A DNA stretch of 64,000 nt from a virus. Shown piece by piece: positions 19,676-28,407 of this stretch. The notes beneath the pieces are model-generated. The model was not told where the DNA came from and ran no database searches. It worked only from the letters and a program-made list of their open reading frames with translations. The stretch covers positions 1 through 64,000 of IMG/VR virus record IMGVR_UViG_3300028364_000018, one strand, 5' to 3'. A program made the position numbers and the translations under genes. Numbering within the stretch: position 1 is the first letter of the stretch; each line of letters starts with the position of its first letter.

Positions 19676-19874
19676 GAGACTATCTTAAACAGATAGTTGT
19701 TAGAGTGTGCAAGGTGACCCTCTCCCTCTGGGAGCGCACACTGGGATGTCCGTCCCCGAATGACGGAACAGGTGCCTAGACCGAAAGCTAGGACAAGCAA
19801 GTGGCGAGAGCCCGACTGCTGAGACACAGGTCTTTAAACGCGAAGTCCGCGACCCTCCTAGGTTAACGCCTGGG
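19676..19874 (+). ncRNA. candidate multi-stem structured RNA of unknown class
   Basis: No long ORF; nested hairpins, two capped by GNRA loops (GAAA, GAGA), closed by TTAGAG/CTTTAA. Confidence 0.45.
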
Positions 19875-19927
19875 TTGGGTCACATTTTTAGATTGACCTA
19901 CACCCTAGATGGTGTATACAGATTTAT

Positions 19928-20004
19928 GGCGGGATGGAGGAGTTTGGCACCTCGCAAGCCTCATAAGCTTGAGATCGCGGGTTCAAATCCTGCTCCCGCT
20001 ACCA
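19928..20004 (+). tRNA. tRNA with CAT anticodon (Met; initiator/elongator/Ile2 status unclear)
   Basis: Complete cloverleaf; GGCGGGA/TCCCGCT acceptor; CTCATAA loop; encoded CCA. Confidence 0.9.
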
Positions 20005-20012
20005 ATTTAAAC

Positions 20013-20094
20013 ACGCCCACAAGCCTCTCAGCGATGCTCAAATCCGGAACACGAACCGACGTGTGAACACCAGGGACGCTTGGTGCTAGGGCGT
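20013..20094 (+). ncRNA. candidate small multi-stem RNA
   Basis: ACGCCC/GGGCGT closing stem around ACACG/CGTGT and CACCAG/TTGGTG hairpins. Confidence 0.35.
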
Positions 20095-20109
20095 AAACTT
20101 ATTTAATAT

Positions 20110-20505
20110 GCGGCCGAAAGGTGTCGATTGGCACCCAGAAGCGTTATCTGCATGCAGAGGGATTGGTTAAAGCCCCTCTTAAATCCGCCAGACCAAACAC
20201 AGATGCAAAAGTATCTAACCTGATTCAGGGTGCATTTGGGGCCTTCACGGCACCACGTGCGCTCGCAGCCTAACCGCTGGATCCCCCTAGTACACTGTCG
20301 GTCTATGCGGTGTGTAATAAGGGGTCATTACTTAGACTGGTTTCAAACACGTGTTCGCGGTGTTTGGAATAAGATAGACAGAGAACTAGCACAGTATTAA
20401 GGTAAGCCTATCGTCGTAAGCTGTGTGAGATTAATGAATAGGACAAGCATGTAGAGGATAACGTAAAGGGTGTACAACACGAGGGTTCGATTCCCTCCGG
20501 CTGCA
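20110..20505 (+). ncRNA. ssrA: tmRNA (transfer-messenger RNA)
   Basis: GCGGCCG/CGGCTGC-A acceptor with G3:U70; TTCGATT T-arm; tag ORF 20205-20273 AKVSNLIQGAFGAFTAPRALAA*. Confidence 0.92.
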
Positions 20506-20536
20506 GGCTATACGAAAAGTATAAACACGCTGACAT

Positions 20537-20633
20537 CCTGGGAGTTCCCGGGGTGAGTGAAGCGGGGGTGTAGATCCAGGTCTGTATCGGAGCGGAGGCT
20601 GAGTGCTAGCGACTCACACCACTCTGTTACAGG
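20537..20633 (+). ncRNA. candidate rod-shaped RNA, weakly SRP (4.5S)-like
   Basis: CCTG/CAGG, GGAGT/ACTCT and GGGTGAGT/ACTCACACC arms; apical CAGGTCTGTATCGGAGCGG; T run follows. Confidence 0.3.
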
Positions 20634-20797
20634 CCCCTTTTTATTTTACAATTTGGTGCACGGTAGTTTGAAAGCAGTAACTTGCGAATGGGTGTACCTC
20701 TTTTCGGGGAGCTCACCCAGACTACACCCGGGACGCCGGACGTGCATCATTCCAACCCAAGGATACGAGGAAACCAAAACAACTGTCATATGGTCAG

Positions 20798-21178
20798 ATG
20801 CAAAGGTTACGGGAGTGTCACATTGATGTTGACACTAATAACATCCAATTCAAGGATAATGACTTCGTGGGCGACGACGCCGCGTGCCAGGAGTACTTAC
20901 AACGGTGCGGGTACAACGTGGACGAGGATCTGATCCTCAGGCCCCGGTACACCCACGACTGTGCAGAATGTACGTGGATGAGGTTCGACGCGATCAATGG
21001 GCAGAAGTTCGAATTCTACCACCGCCACCACGATAGCCTGCTCGCGCGTTGCGGTAACGAACCGCATGAGTACGCCAGTTGCGCACTCCGGGTCATGGAA
21101 GCAAGGGATAACCCCTGGATGGGCCTACCAGAGTTATGGTGGGCGTATATCCGGTATCTGCAGGATTTTCAACCTTAA
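20798..21178 (+). CDS. hypothetical protein (HDCxxC)
   Basis: 126 aa. Confidence 0.55.
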   Translation: MQRLRECHIDVDTNNIQFKDNDFVGDDAACQEYLQRCGYNVDEDLILRPRYTHDCAECTWMRFDAINGQKFEFYHRHHDSLLARCGNEPHEYASCALRVMEARDNPWMGLPELWWAYIRYLQDFQP

Positions 21179-21303
21179 CGTCGGCACTTGCCGGAGCCCC
21201 TGTGTCATGTGGGGGACAACCGGTCGGCGAAACACCAGGCGGCGACGCCTGGTAGCATGGCGAACCTGGTCCAACCCTCGCGGGGAGGGCCAGTAACATT
21301 TTT

Positions 21304-21365
21304 GGTGGTCCAGCCCAGGGCCTATCCAGCCCGCCCTTGTTGGGTCGGGCTGGGCCACCTTTTTT
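21304..21365 (+). terminator. large GC-rich hairpin followed by a T run
   Basis: GGTGGTCCAGCCC...GGGCTGGGCCACC-TTTTTT. Confidence 0.6.
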
Positions 21366-21366
21366 C

Positions 21367-21400
21367 TTTACCTATCAGGAGCCTGTGCTATAATCCGCAT
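21367..21400 (+). promoter_or_regulatory. sigma70-like leaderless promoter
   Basis: TTTACC-16-TATAAT-6nt-ATG(21401). Confidence 0.65.
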
Positions 21401-21820
21401 ATGCAAACTACAGTCAACTACACGTCTTATGCCAAGCAAGCATCCTCCGAGTCTCGACAAGAAGTCCAGAATATCATGGAGACCATCCGACAGGAGAACC
21501 CAGAGTACTGGCCTTATGGTCTATCCATTGGGCACCATGATGGTGGAGTGTACATGATCCGAGAGGCCTCCACACAATCCCCGGTAGGCTTTGTCGGTTG
21601 GCAGGAACGTCTCAGACCCCCTATGAAGAAAGTAGGGTTCTACAGCATCGGCGTGCTTCCAGAGCATCGAGGCCATGGTTACGCCAAGGAGGCTATCCAA
21701 AAGATCATCAGGGAGAAAGCCTCGGGCGTTGACGAGGTGCGGGCCATGATCGTCCACACAAACAAGGCCAGCAAGAACCTGGCGGAAGCTCTGGGCATAC
21801 CCGTAGACCAAGTAAGCTAG
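21401..21820 (+). CDS. GNAT family N-acetyltransferase
   Basis: True start MQTTVNY at 21401; SIGVLPEHRGHGYAKE acetyl-CoA motif; N-terminal KQAS. Confidence 0.85.
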   Translation: MQTTVNYTSYAKQASSESRQEVQNIMETIRQENPEYWPYGLSIGHHDGGVYMIREASTQSPVGFVGWQERLRPPMKKVGFYSIGVLPEHRGHGYAKEAIQKIIREKASGVDEVRAMIVHTNKASKNLAEALGIPVDQVS

Positions 21821-21823
21821 TTC

Positions 21824-21858
21824 TTGACAATCCTTACAATTTAAACCAGAGTACCCTG
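21824..21858 (+). promoter_or_regulatory. sigma70-like leaderless promoter
   Basis: TTGACA-17-CAGAGT-6nt-ATG(21859). Confidence 0.55.
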
Positions 21859-23889
21859 ATGCAACCTACTTTAACAAAATCAGCTAACCCCGCGGCGAAA
21901 GCAAGTCTATTGAAGCGGTTTTTGGCCAACCCCTACACGTATGGAACGGCCGCAGCTATACCCATGACAATGGCGGAGTATCAGGGGTATAACCCTTTTA
22001 TGGCGAGTCTGAAGGACAGGAACCCAACAGGTATCCAGCAGGTTGCTGCTACGGGCCTGAACGCCGCGAGTTTGGGTTACTTGATTAAGGCCATGAGACC
22101 CGGTGGACCCAAGCTTCCTCTAGGACTGGGTATTCCACTGGCAGCGACGGCCTTGTCCACACCAATAATGCATTTGATAGATCCGGGCATTCAGGCGTTG
22201 GAGAATAACAATAGTCGCTTTGACGCCAGTCAGAGCTCCGAGCGTAACAAACTGCTTTTAGGGGCTGGGTTGGGTGTTGGAGCTTTGGGACTTGGAGCTT
22301 TGGGCGTACGTCAGGCATATAAGGCGCGTCGTCAGATGGAGAAACCTAAGGAAGTCCGAGACCCCGGATTGGTCCGAATCACGCTTCCAACGAAAAATCC
22401 GAACGATACCGAGACACAGATTGAACTACCTTTGAACACCACACATATAACCCAGACTGCCATGAAACAGATGCAACGAGACCTCCGACGCCGCCTCCGA
22501 GATGGAGGAGCTGAGCGTACGTACACCAGACTCCCAAGCGGAGAACTAAAAGCGGCTTCAGCTAACGACCCGAGGCTGGCTCAGATGGAGCGGGCTATTA
22601 ACCGCTGGATAAAGAGCTCGGCTATTCCAGATATCACACCGAAGACTCAGGCTATCACACCGACACCAAATGCGATTAAACCGCCTGCAGTTGCACCTAA
22701 GATAGACATTCCCCCGGCTCCCGCATATAATATACCAGCGAGCAAACCCTACGTACCGGAGTCCGCTGCTGATAGATCTGTAGATTATAATAAACTTAGA
22801 GTGGGCGCATCTCCTGCGCAACAGCGTAACATAAACACTAACGAGTGGACCGAGAACTATTTAGCTAACAACGCTGCTAATACTCAAGCCGTACAGAATT
22901 CTGTAGCGGGAGGCAACGGGGGGTACCAAGCAGGTACCTTAAATGCGCAGTATCACCAACAGGCTAACAGGAACTCCGTACCTGAAACTATAAACGCCCC
23001 AGTGCAGCATAACGGTCCAGCTAACCCCCCGGGCGGCGCAATCCGGAACCGGGATCAGGCGTACCGAGATACCTCCGGGGGTATACCAGTCGCTTTTCAG
23101 GGTATGGATGCACAGCGCCTTACCAGTATAGGACGCCCTGATCTCGCGGCCATTAAAACACAGCAAGACAGTGCGGGATTCGCCCAACCGTATGTACCAC
23201 CTTTAAACGCCAGCCCGCAGGCTCCGACGCAACAAAGTTGGCTGGATTTCCAAGCGCAACAGGAAGCACAGAACCCACCTCCCGCGCCAGTAGCACCCCC
23301 TGTAGAGCAACCTGCCACTCCTCCAATGCCTACAAAGGGTTGGACTAACAACTATACCCCACCTCCTGCACCAGTGACACCGCCTACACGAGCGCTAGGA
23401 CCCGTAACACAGCCCATGAATCCCGTATGGACCCCTGGGCAGGTAGGTAGTCAGCACTTAGAAGGCGTAGATGACTACAGCCAAGCTCCTACAGTAGCCC
23501 AAGATAACCCAACTCCGGACACGACATCAGGACAACAGGGGTCTAACTGGGGCGTACTACAGCCTGGAGTAAACGCTTTGCGACCTGCGATGAACGCTGT
23601 TGGAGGCGCGGTTAGTAACGCCGCGAGCGCCTACCAACCTTGGTACGAGGCTAAAAGGGATGCAGAGCTGGCGAACAGAGACATCAACGTGGCCACGGGC
23701 GCGCGGCGTAAGATGCGACAGAGAGTGCCAGAAGAGCGGTTACGGTACGCTATGGGTCTGATGCCGGAGGAAGTCCAACAGCAGAGCGCAGAGTACAACA
23801 AACTACCCTGGCTCCGCCGCATGAACTACAATTATCGTAATCCTCAGAAAGCTAGGGAGCAACAAGCGCTGGGTAAACTCTACCGATGA
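21859..23889 (+). CDS. large putative virion/ejection protein with hydrophobic N-region and Pro/Gln/Asn-rich disordered C-region
   Basis: 676 aa; KSAN and KAAS motifs; Gly-rich TM-like segments. Confidence 0.6.
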   Translation: MQPTLTKSANPAAKASLLKRFLANPYTYGTAAAIPMTMAEYQGYNPFMASLKDRNPTGIQQVAATGLNAASLGYLIKAMRPGGPKLPLGLGIPLAATALSTPIMHLIDPGIQALENNNSRFDASQSSERNKLLLGAGLGVGALGLGALGVRQAYKARRQMEKPKEVRDPGLVRITLPTKNPNDTETQIELPLNTTHITQTAMKQMQRDLRRRLRDGGAERTYTRLPSGELKAASANDPRLAQMERAINRWIKSSAIPDITPKTQAITPTPNAIKPPAVAPKIDIPPAPAYNIPASKPYVPESAADRSVDYNKLRVGASPAQQRNINTNEWTENYLANNAANTQAVQNSVAGGNGGYQAGTLNAQYHQQANRNSVPETINAPVQHNGPANPPGGAIRNRDQAYRDTSGGIPVAFQGMDAQRLTSIGRPDLAAIKTQQDSAGFAQPYVPPLNASPQAPTQQSWLDFQAQQEAQNPPPAPVAPPVEQPATPPMPTKGWTNNYTPPPAPVTPPTRALGPVTQPMNPVWTPGQVGSQHLEGVDDYSQAPTVAQDNPTPDTTSGQQGSNWGVLQPGVNALRPAMNAVGGAVSNAASAYQPWYEAKRDAELANRDINVATGARRKMRQRVPEERLRYAMGLMPEEVQQQSAEYNKLPWLRRMNYNYRNPQKAREQQALGKLYR

Positions 23890-25184
23890 ACAACCTCCAA
23901 CTCCTATCTCAACTCCGCAGTATAAAGCGCGCAGGACAGTTCCCTTACGGGCCGCTGTCCCTGACGCAGAACGCCCCGCAACCACAGATGGCGCCCCCTC
24001 CTCCTCCACCGGAAGAACCGGAGGAGGATCCACGCCTGGGCGAGATGCAGGGACAGATAGAACAGAGTCAACAGGAACTTCAAAAGCTACAAGAGCAGAC
24101 GCGTCAACAAGACTCCGAACTTAAGTCCGAAAAACTTAGGACACAACAGGCTCAGGCCGAGTCACAGTTGATGAAACGTGATGCGGACCTGACCAAACGT
24201 GAGGCGGATCTCGTACGACAACAGGCGGAGGCCCAGACTCAAGCTGACGGTAAGACCGTACCTCATTTTAGCCCGACGGCCATGACTCAACTTAAGAATA
24301 TCCAGAAGAAGCTGCAGTTCCTTACTAAGGGCGCGGAGGCTGACAGATCCTTTGAACTACCTGCATCTTATGGCCCGAAGTCCCAGGAGTTTAAGGATAT
24401 AGTGGCGGCCCGCAGTCAGACCGACAACGGGTTTGTTCCTACCAGCTTCAAAGGTCCCAACGCTAGGGAAGCCTTTAATGTTAGTCAGGATGTCAATCAG
24501 ACTATGAACACTGGGCCCGGCAATACCCCGGAGGGGTATGATAGACGGTGGTTAACTACAGGACAGGCGGAGGGCCTTGCAGACGGTAACTGGCTAGAGC
24601 GACAATCACAACGTGCTGTGAATCTAGCACGACCTTTTGCTGTAGGGGCGCAGGGAGCCAGAGAAAACTGGCGTGCTGGCAATTACGGTAAAGCTGTTGG
24701 TCATGTCGCACAAGGAGCTCTAAGTACAGCCTGGAATCTGTCTCCCTGGGGCGCGGTAGGTAACATGGTCCTTAACGGCGATGGGGATAGTATGATTAAT
24801 CTAGGGATGCCGGAAACTGATAAGTATATGGAAGACTGGACAACCAACAGGCTCAACACCATGGAGTCCGCGTCAAGCGGACGGGACCTACTCCAAGGCC
24901 TATCCAACGATTACAAGGTGAACAACGACTTGCTGGGCGCGCCCGAGGGTGTGAGCGCTCAGGCCCTTAACCGCTACGAGCAGTACGCGGGTCTCACAAA
25001 GAATCCCAACGCAGGCCCGACCTTCATGCAAGGTACTCTAGATGCATACCGCGGTAACCAATATGGGGACCCCAACACATGGTTCGGACAAATCCTGAAT
25101 AGCGGGCTACCCTATCTATCTAAACTTATGACAGGCGGCCCACGCCCAACCCTACAACCCCCTAACCCAGGGTTGTACGCATGA
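23886..25184 (+). CDS. putative virion protein with Pro-rich linker and coiled coil
   Basis: 432 aa; KRAG and KGAE; coupled to the RNAP gene. Confidence 0.6.
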   Translation: MNNLQLLSQLRSIKRAGQFPYGPLSLTQNAPQPQMAPPPPPPEEPEEDPRLGEMQGQIEQSQQELQKLQEQTRQQDSELKSEKLRTQQAQAESQLMKRDADLTKREADLVRQQAEAQTQADGKTVPHFSPTAMTQLKNIQKKLQFLTKGAEADRSFELPASYGPKSQEFKDIVAARSQTDNGFVPTSFKGPNAREAFNVSQDVNQTMNTGPGNTPEGYDRRWLTTGQAEGLADGNWLERQSQRAVNLARPFAVGAQGARENWRAGNYGKAVGHVAQGALSTAWNLSPWGAVGNMVLNGDGDSMINLGMPETDKYMEDWTTNRLNTMESASSGRDLLQGLSNDYKVNNDLLGAPEGVSAQALNRYEQYAGLTKNPNAGPTFMQGTLDAYRGNQYGDPNTWFGQILNSGLPYLSKLMTGGPRPTLQPPNPGLYA

Positions 25185-27085
25185 CCTACGCAGTAAAAGA
25201 CGGGCGAATTCAAGAGGTTGATGATCAGGAGATTGACATTGAGCTTCCGTCTGCCAATTCATTTTTAAGTATCCACGGTAACACCATTCCCATGCAGTCA
25301 GGGGTGCAGGCCCCCCGTGTGTTCTACGGGTCTAGGTTCTTGAATCAGGCACTACCGTTGGTCAACCCTGAGGCACCGCTGGTCCAGACCAAGATAGACG
25401 GACAGGACCGGAGCTTCGATCAGGAGCTAGGGAAGTCTATGGGCGCGGTATTCAGCGACAGACTTGGGCGGGTGCTGAACGTGGACAATGACCACGTCGA
25501 GTTAGAGGACCCGGAGACCGGGGAAACCTGGACTAAACAGCTTTATAACAACTTTCTTTTTAATCGTAAGACTAGTTTGCACAGCACCCCCAGTGTTAAG
25601 CAGGGAGATATGGTGGAGCCTGGCCAACTTCTGGCGCGCTCCAACTACACAGACGACAAAGGGACGTTGGCTATGAGTGTCAACGCCCGCATAGGTCTAG
25701 TCCCCTACAAGGGTTACTCCATGGATGACGCGGTGGTCATCAGCCAGAGCCTAGCCAATCGCCTTACTAGTAGGCAGACCTACGTAGAGGACCAAGAGTT
25801 TGATGGGGATGTTAAGGGTGGTAAGAATCATTTCCACTCGTTGTTCCCCACGGCTTTCAAGCAAACTCAATTGAAGAAGTTGGATGCAGAGGGGGTGGCG
25901 CGGGCCGGTCAGATTCTGGAGAAGGGTGACCCTTATGTGTTGGCGACCAAACCCAGGATGTTCACCTCACAAGCGGGGAGCTTGGGTAAGCTCAGCCGGG
26001 CTATGCAACAGACCCGGCAGGACGCGAGTTTGGTGTGGGATCACAATGAGCCTGGGACTGTGCAGGATGTCGTCCGGACTAAGAAAGGTGTGAAGGTAGT
26101 GATAGATACAGAGACACCTGTGATGGTGGGGGACAAGCTGACAGAGCGTCACGGAAATAAGGGCGTCGTATCCAAGATACTCTCTGATGAGGAGATGCCA
26201 CGCACTGTGGATGGTCTACCATTGGAGATGTTACTTAATCCTTTGGGAATTCCGAGCCGGGTGAATTCTGCGATGGTTTATGATATTTTACTGGGGAAGG
26301 TCGCCAAGAAAAGGGGCGAGGGTTACAATCTTCCGGCGTTTAATAAACCAGGGGAGAAATGGTATGACTTTGTAGAACAACAACTGGCGGAGCATGGGAT
26401 CGACGCGGAAGAACGGGTGTTTGATCCGATGGAGCAACGTGAATTGGAGAATCCAATTACAGTGGGTTACGCTCCTGTTATGAAGTTGCATCACATGGCC
26501 TCGTCGAAGCTCAGTGGTAGAAGTCAAGGCAGCTATTCGATGGACGAACAACCATTAAAAGGCGGATCCGACGCAGCCCAAGCCAAGCGTTTATCTGGAT
26601 TGGAACGTAATGCCCTAATCTCCAGCGGGGCCTACGCCACCCTACGAGAGAGTTCGACAATTCGAGGTCAGCGCAACGACGACTTCTGGAAGGCCGTTAG
26701 GTCAGGCCACACCCCGCGCGAACCAGGCTCACCCTTCGTCTGGGATAAGTTTCAGGCGCTTCTCCAAGGTAGTGGGATGCTCGCCAGAGATCTAGGTGGG
26801 GGCAAGCTGCGCCTCGGACCCTTTACCGATAAGAGCTTGGCGGAGCTCAAACCCCGAACGTTGGACAACGCCGACTCCGTTAACCCCGACACATTGGAGC
26901 CCGTAGCAGGCGGTCTGTTCGACCCTGTTCTGGTTGGTGGCGGACGTTGGGGTGCGATCGATCTGGATACCCCGGTACCCAACCCAGCGTTTGAGAAGCA
27001 GATAGCGCAATTGCTGGGCGTCCGGGAGAAGGATGTGCGTCGGGTGGTGGCAGGTGAGCTGGATCTGGAAGAAGCGCAAAAGTGA
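25181..27085 (+). CDS. rpoB: phage multi-subunit RNA polymerase: beta C-terminal half fused to beta-prime N-terminus
   Basis: GDKLTERHGNKGVVSKI, LNPLGIPSRVN and KLSGRS.GSYS..EQP.KGG (beta), then LEPVAGGLFDP..RWGAIDL..PVPNP (beta-prime start). Confidence 0.92.
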   Translation: MTYAVKDGRIQEVDDQEIDIELPSANSFLSIHGNTIPMQSGVQAPRVFYGSRFLNQALPLVNPEAPLVQTKIDGQDRSFDQELGKSMGAVFSDRLGRVLNVDNDHVELEDPETGETWTKQLYNNFLFNRKTSLHSTPSVKQGDMVEPGQLLARSNYTDDKGTLAMSVNARIGLVPYKGYSMDDAVVISQSLANRLTSRQTYVEDQEFDGDVKGGKNHFHSLFPTAFKQTQLKKLDAEGVARAGQILEKGDPYVLATKPRMFTSQAGSLGKLSRAMQQTRQDASLVWDHNEPGTVQDVVRTKKGVKVVIDTETPVMVGDKLTERHGNKGVVSKILSDEEMPRTVDGLPLEMLLNPLGIPSRVNSAMVYDILLGKVAKKRGEGYNLPAFNKPGEKWYDFVEQQLAEHGIDAEERVFDPMEQRELENPITVGYAPVMKLHHMASSKLSGRSQGSYSMDEQPLKGGSDAAQAKRLSGLERNALISSGAYATLRESSTIRGQRNDDFWKAVRSGHTPREPGSPFVWDKFQALLQGSGMLARDLGGGKLRLGPFTDKSLAELKPRTLDNADSVNPDTLEPVAGGLFDPVLVGGGRWGAIDLDTPVPNPAFEKQIAQLLGVREKDVRRVVAGELDLEEAQK

Positions 27086-27115
27086 TTGACGATACGCAGA
27101 GCCAGGGGGTATGAT
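27086..27115 (+). promoter_or_regulatory. sigma70-like promoter (leadered; AAGGA RBS downstream)
   Basis: TTGACG-18-TATGAT. Confidence 0.6.
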
Positions 27116-27141
27116 ACAATGATTAACAACAAGGACGAACA

Positions 27142-27858
27142 ATGAATAACTCAGAAAAATTAGAGGTAGCGCAACTCCTCAAACAAGCCAATAAACTCCA
27201 GTCTTTGAAACAGTTATTGCTGGGCAACGCCGCAGGAGCATATCTAGTTAAGACCCAGATGGGTAACCCCAGCTGGAGGGAAGCTTACCAGACAGCGAAG
27301 CGTATTAACATGGTTCCAAATATTATGGCCAAGGCAGACTTAAAAAGCATGGTACCGAGCAAGGTTCGCAGGGGTTGGGGGCGTTATCTGGACCTAATGC
27401 AGGGTACGGATGATATGATGTCAGGACGTTACTTCAATCGCAGAACGAGAGAACAGAAGGACCATTTGGGTTACATGAAAGATGAGATTATGGGGTATCT
27501 TAAGGGTGATAAAATGGGTATATACGACTCAGGTCAAGGCCCCGTCTTGGGTCGGAAAGCTGTATCTATGAACCCGAATAGTCCTAACTTTGGTCTAGTA
27601 GACTTAGAGGTGAGCGTACCTACTGGTATTAGCAAACTTAAGAAAATGCTAGGCGGTGCGGAGCGTAAGATTATCACAGAGCGGGAATCTTTACGCGGGG
27701 ATTTAGACAGGCATATCGGAAAGCTGGAGGATTTTATCGCTTCGGGTCCAGAGAATGTAAGTCAATGGCGGAAGACTATGGCAACGCGTGCCGGAACAGG
27801 GGCCGCGGGAGGGTTCGGATTGTCGCAGCTATTACAGGGTAACGACGACGAGGTCTAA
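27142..27858 (+). CDS. putative virion protein (KQAN motif)
   Basis: 238 aa; C-terminal GTGAAGGFGL. Confidence 0.55.
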   Translation: MNNSEKLEVAQLLKQANKLQSLKQLLLGNAAGAYLVKTQMGNPSWREAYQTAKRINMVPNIMAKADLKSMVPSKVRRGWGRYLDLMQGTDDMMSGRYFNRRTREQKDHLGYMKDEIMGYLKGDKMGIYDSGQGPVLGRKAVSMNPNSPNFGLVDLEVSVPTGISKLKKMLGGAERKIITERESLRGDLDRHIGKLEDFIASGPENVSQWRKTMATRAGTGAAGGFGLSQLLQGNDDEV

Positions 27859-27863
27859 AGTGC

Positions 27864-27896
27864 AATAACACCTCCAACTACGTTATATATATTTGA
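27864..27896 (+). promoter_or_regulatory. conserved AATAAC-N12-GTTATATATAYTTGA motif, copy 3
   Basis: Precedes a single gene closed by a terminator. Confidence 0.7.
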
Positions 27897-27942
27897 GTCC
27901 CCTCCACTTCGGTTGGGGTATTTTAACGTTAAAATTGGAGAT

Positions 27943-28326
27943 ATGATCATGATCAAATTACACACACTCAACGCCGGAATCTTTATTGGAACTAAGTTGG
28001 AAAACACAGGTTCGAAACTGTCTACCCACTGTACTGCTAAAATAGAACAACTCGGACCAGAGAAGGACCTTGCGGATTACCGCAAACAACTGAAGGTCCT
28101 CCGCAAGGACCATAAGGCCTTGACTCAGGTCGCGGGACTTGGGGATTTCCAGGAAGCAGCGGTGGAAGCCGTGCTGATGGAGACCAACAAGTTGGAGGCC
28201 AAAGTACTGTCTTTGGATGGTATCAAGGGGCAAGCTAAGACCCTGGACAAGGTTCAGGCATTCCAACGCGTACTTACTGGAGCTCCGGCTCCTGAAGAGG
28301 TTGACGCAGTGCTTAGGCCTGCGTAA
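27943..28326 (+). CDS. hypothetical protein
   Basis: Likely start at 27943 after GGAGA. Confidence 0.6.
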   Translation: MIMIKLHTLNAGIFIGTKLENTGSKLSTHCTAKIEQLGPEKDLADYRKQLKVLRKDHKALTQVAGLGDFQEAAVEAVLMETNKLEAKVLSLDGIKGQAKTLDKVQAFQRVLTGAPAPEEVDAVLRPA

Positions 28327-28336
28327 CTTCTAAATG

Positions 28337-28360
28337 AAAAGAGCCTTCGGGCTCTTTTTT
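28337..28360 (+). terminator. intrinsic (possibly bidirectional) terminator
   Basis: AAAAGAGCC-TTCG-GGCTCTTTTTT. Confidence 0.85.
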
Positions 28361-28373
28361 AGCTACTATGGAC

Positions 28374-28407
28374 TGGACAAACCCAGGCAAACCCTCATAA
28401 TGCTAGC
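28374..28407 (+). promoter_or_regulatory. sigma70-like leaderless promoter
   Basis: TGGACA-16-CATAAT-6nt-ATG(28408). Confidence 0.6.

Noticed and set aside
19676-19874. RNase P RNA, hammerhead or group I intron call
   Set aside because: Conserved cores (GAGGAAAGTCC; CTGATGA..GAAA; P7 motifs) not found; kept as an unknown structured RNA
21188-21400. N-terminal extension of the GNAT ORF
   Set aside because: Runs through hairpin/terminator DNA; a TATAAT-6nt-ATG start is at 21401
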